In this document: one piece after another, positions 4,911 through 5,247 of the stretch
Layout of the letters: each line of letters starts with the position of its first letter
Position numbering within the stretch: position 1 is the first letter of the stretch
Assembly (NCBI GenBank): GCA_030065315.1
Contig: JASJDB010000440.1
Location: forward strand, 1-5,247
Reading direction: 5' to 3'
DNA: 5,247 nucleotides
Source: Xenococcaceae cyanobacterium MO_167.B52
Lineage (GTDB): Bacteria; Cyanobacteriota; Cyanobacteriia; Cyanobacteriales; Xenococcaceae
Translations under genes and position numbers: made by a program
The notes under the pieces: model-generated
The model's database searches: none
The model's input: only the letters and a program-made list of their open reading frames with translations
What the model was told of the DNA's origin: nothing

Positions 4911-4977
4911 ATTTATAAAACAATAAGTAATATTAGTTTATCATTGAAAACTAGGAGCGAAAAAGAACTTGAAATTA

Positions 4978-5247
4978 TCAACTTACTGCATATTCTGTAT
5001 ATTTCCGTAAACGCTGAGGATGAAAAGCTAAAACAATATCAGATTTAGGGATACCTGCTGGTTCTAAATCAGTTGCAATACCATCTTCTGTACCGTCTCT
5101 TTGTATCCAGATTTTGCCATCAATAATATCTAAATGAATTAAACAACCATGTACCCTGGTATCGCCTTCCCAACCTTGAGTAATTAAGATAAACCGATTT
5201 TCGTCATTACTAACAATCAATTCTGAAGCAATATCTCCATATTTATA
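4978..5247 (-). CDS. xisI: XisI-family protein (fdxN-element excision controlling factor XisI-like); N-terminus lies beyond the right window edge
   Basis: NRFILITQGWEGDTRVHGCLIHLDIIDGKIWIQRDGTEDGIATDLEPAGIPKSDIVLAFHPQRLRKYTEYAVS carries the XisI hallmark RVHGC..H.DI.DGKIWIQ.DGTE.GIA..L...GIPK..IVL.FH. Reading the same minus frame above the track TTG (5220-5218) gives YKYGDIASE with no stop up to nt 5247, so the ORF continues outside the window. Stop TGA (complement of 4978-4980). Confidence 0.85.
   Translation of the reverse strand, partial: YKYGDIASELIVSNDENRFILITQGWEGDTRVHGCLIHLDIIDGKIWIQRDGTEDGIATDLEPAGIPKSDIVLAFHPQRLRKYTEYAVS

Noticed and set aside
4911-4977. Promoter, terminator or operator in the xisI-phd spacer (TTGAAA direct repeats at about 4944 and 4969)
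   Set aside because: The TTGAAA copies read as -35-like only on the plus strand, which has no downstream gene there. On the minus strand I found no properly spaced -35/-10 pair and no stem-loop with a U-tract. Co-transcription with xisI seems as likely as a separate promoter.
5218-5220. TTG 5220 as the XisI start
   Set aside because: The same minus frame continues without a stop to the window edge (YKYGDIASE upstream). XisI-family proteins are about 110 aa and carry a Y-G-D/E-I segment at this position, so the gene is truncated by the window.

Overview
AT-rich DNA, almost certainly cyanobacterial: it has one perfect HIP1 octamer (GCGATCGC), an XisI-family gene and a cyanobacterial-style NB-ARC/TPR protein. 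Layout: (1) 1-1347 (+) is the 3' part of a large outer-membrane beta-barrel-like protein that enters from the left edge; LptD-like/DUF3769 is my best guess. (2) 1494-4663 (+) is an NLR-like STAND ATPase locus. A 135-codon ORF encodes a helical module with a Gly-rich amphipathic N-terminal helix and a G/N-rich tail. It is followed, in the -1 frame, by an NB-ARC NTPase plus 11 TPR units. The NB-ARC frame is open from 1886 but has no ATG/GTG/TTG before GTG 2069, which lies only 12 codons ahead of the P-loop. The two frames overlap exactly across a C_CCA_AAG slippery heptamer (1889-1895). The locus is therefore either one ~1056-aa protein made by -1 frameshifting, or a gene broken by a 1-nt indel or sequencing error. 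(3) 4665-4910 (-) is a Phd/YefM-type antitoxin with no partner toxin; its stop is 1 nt from the NLR stop. (4) 4978-5247 (-) is an XisI-family gene that runs off the right edge. The most interesting item is the split NLR-like gene and its unassigned N-terminal effector-like module, a candidate conflict/defence sensor. All family names come from reading the translations by eye, not from searches.
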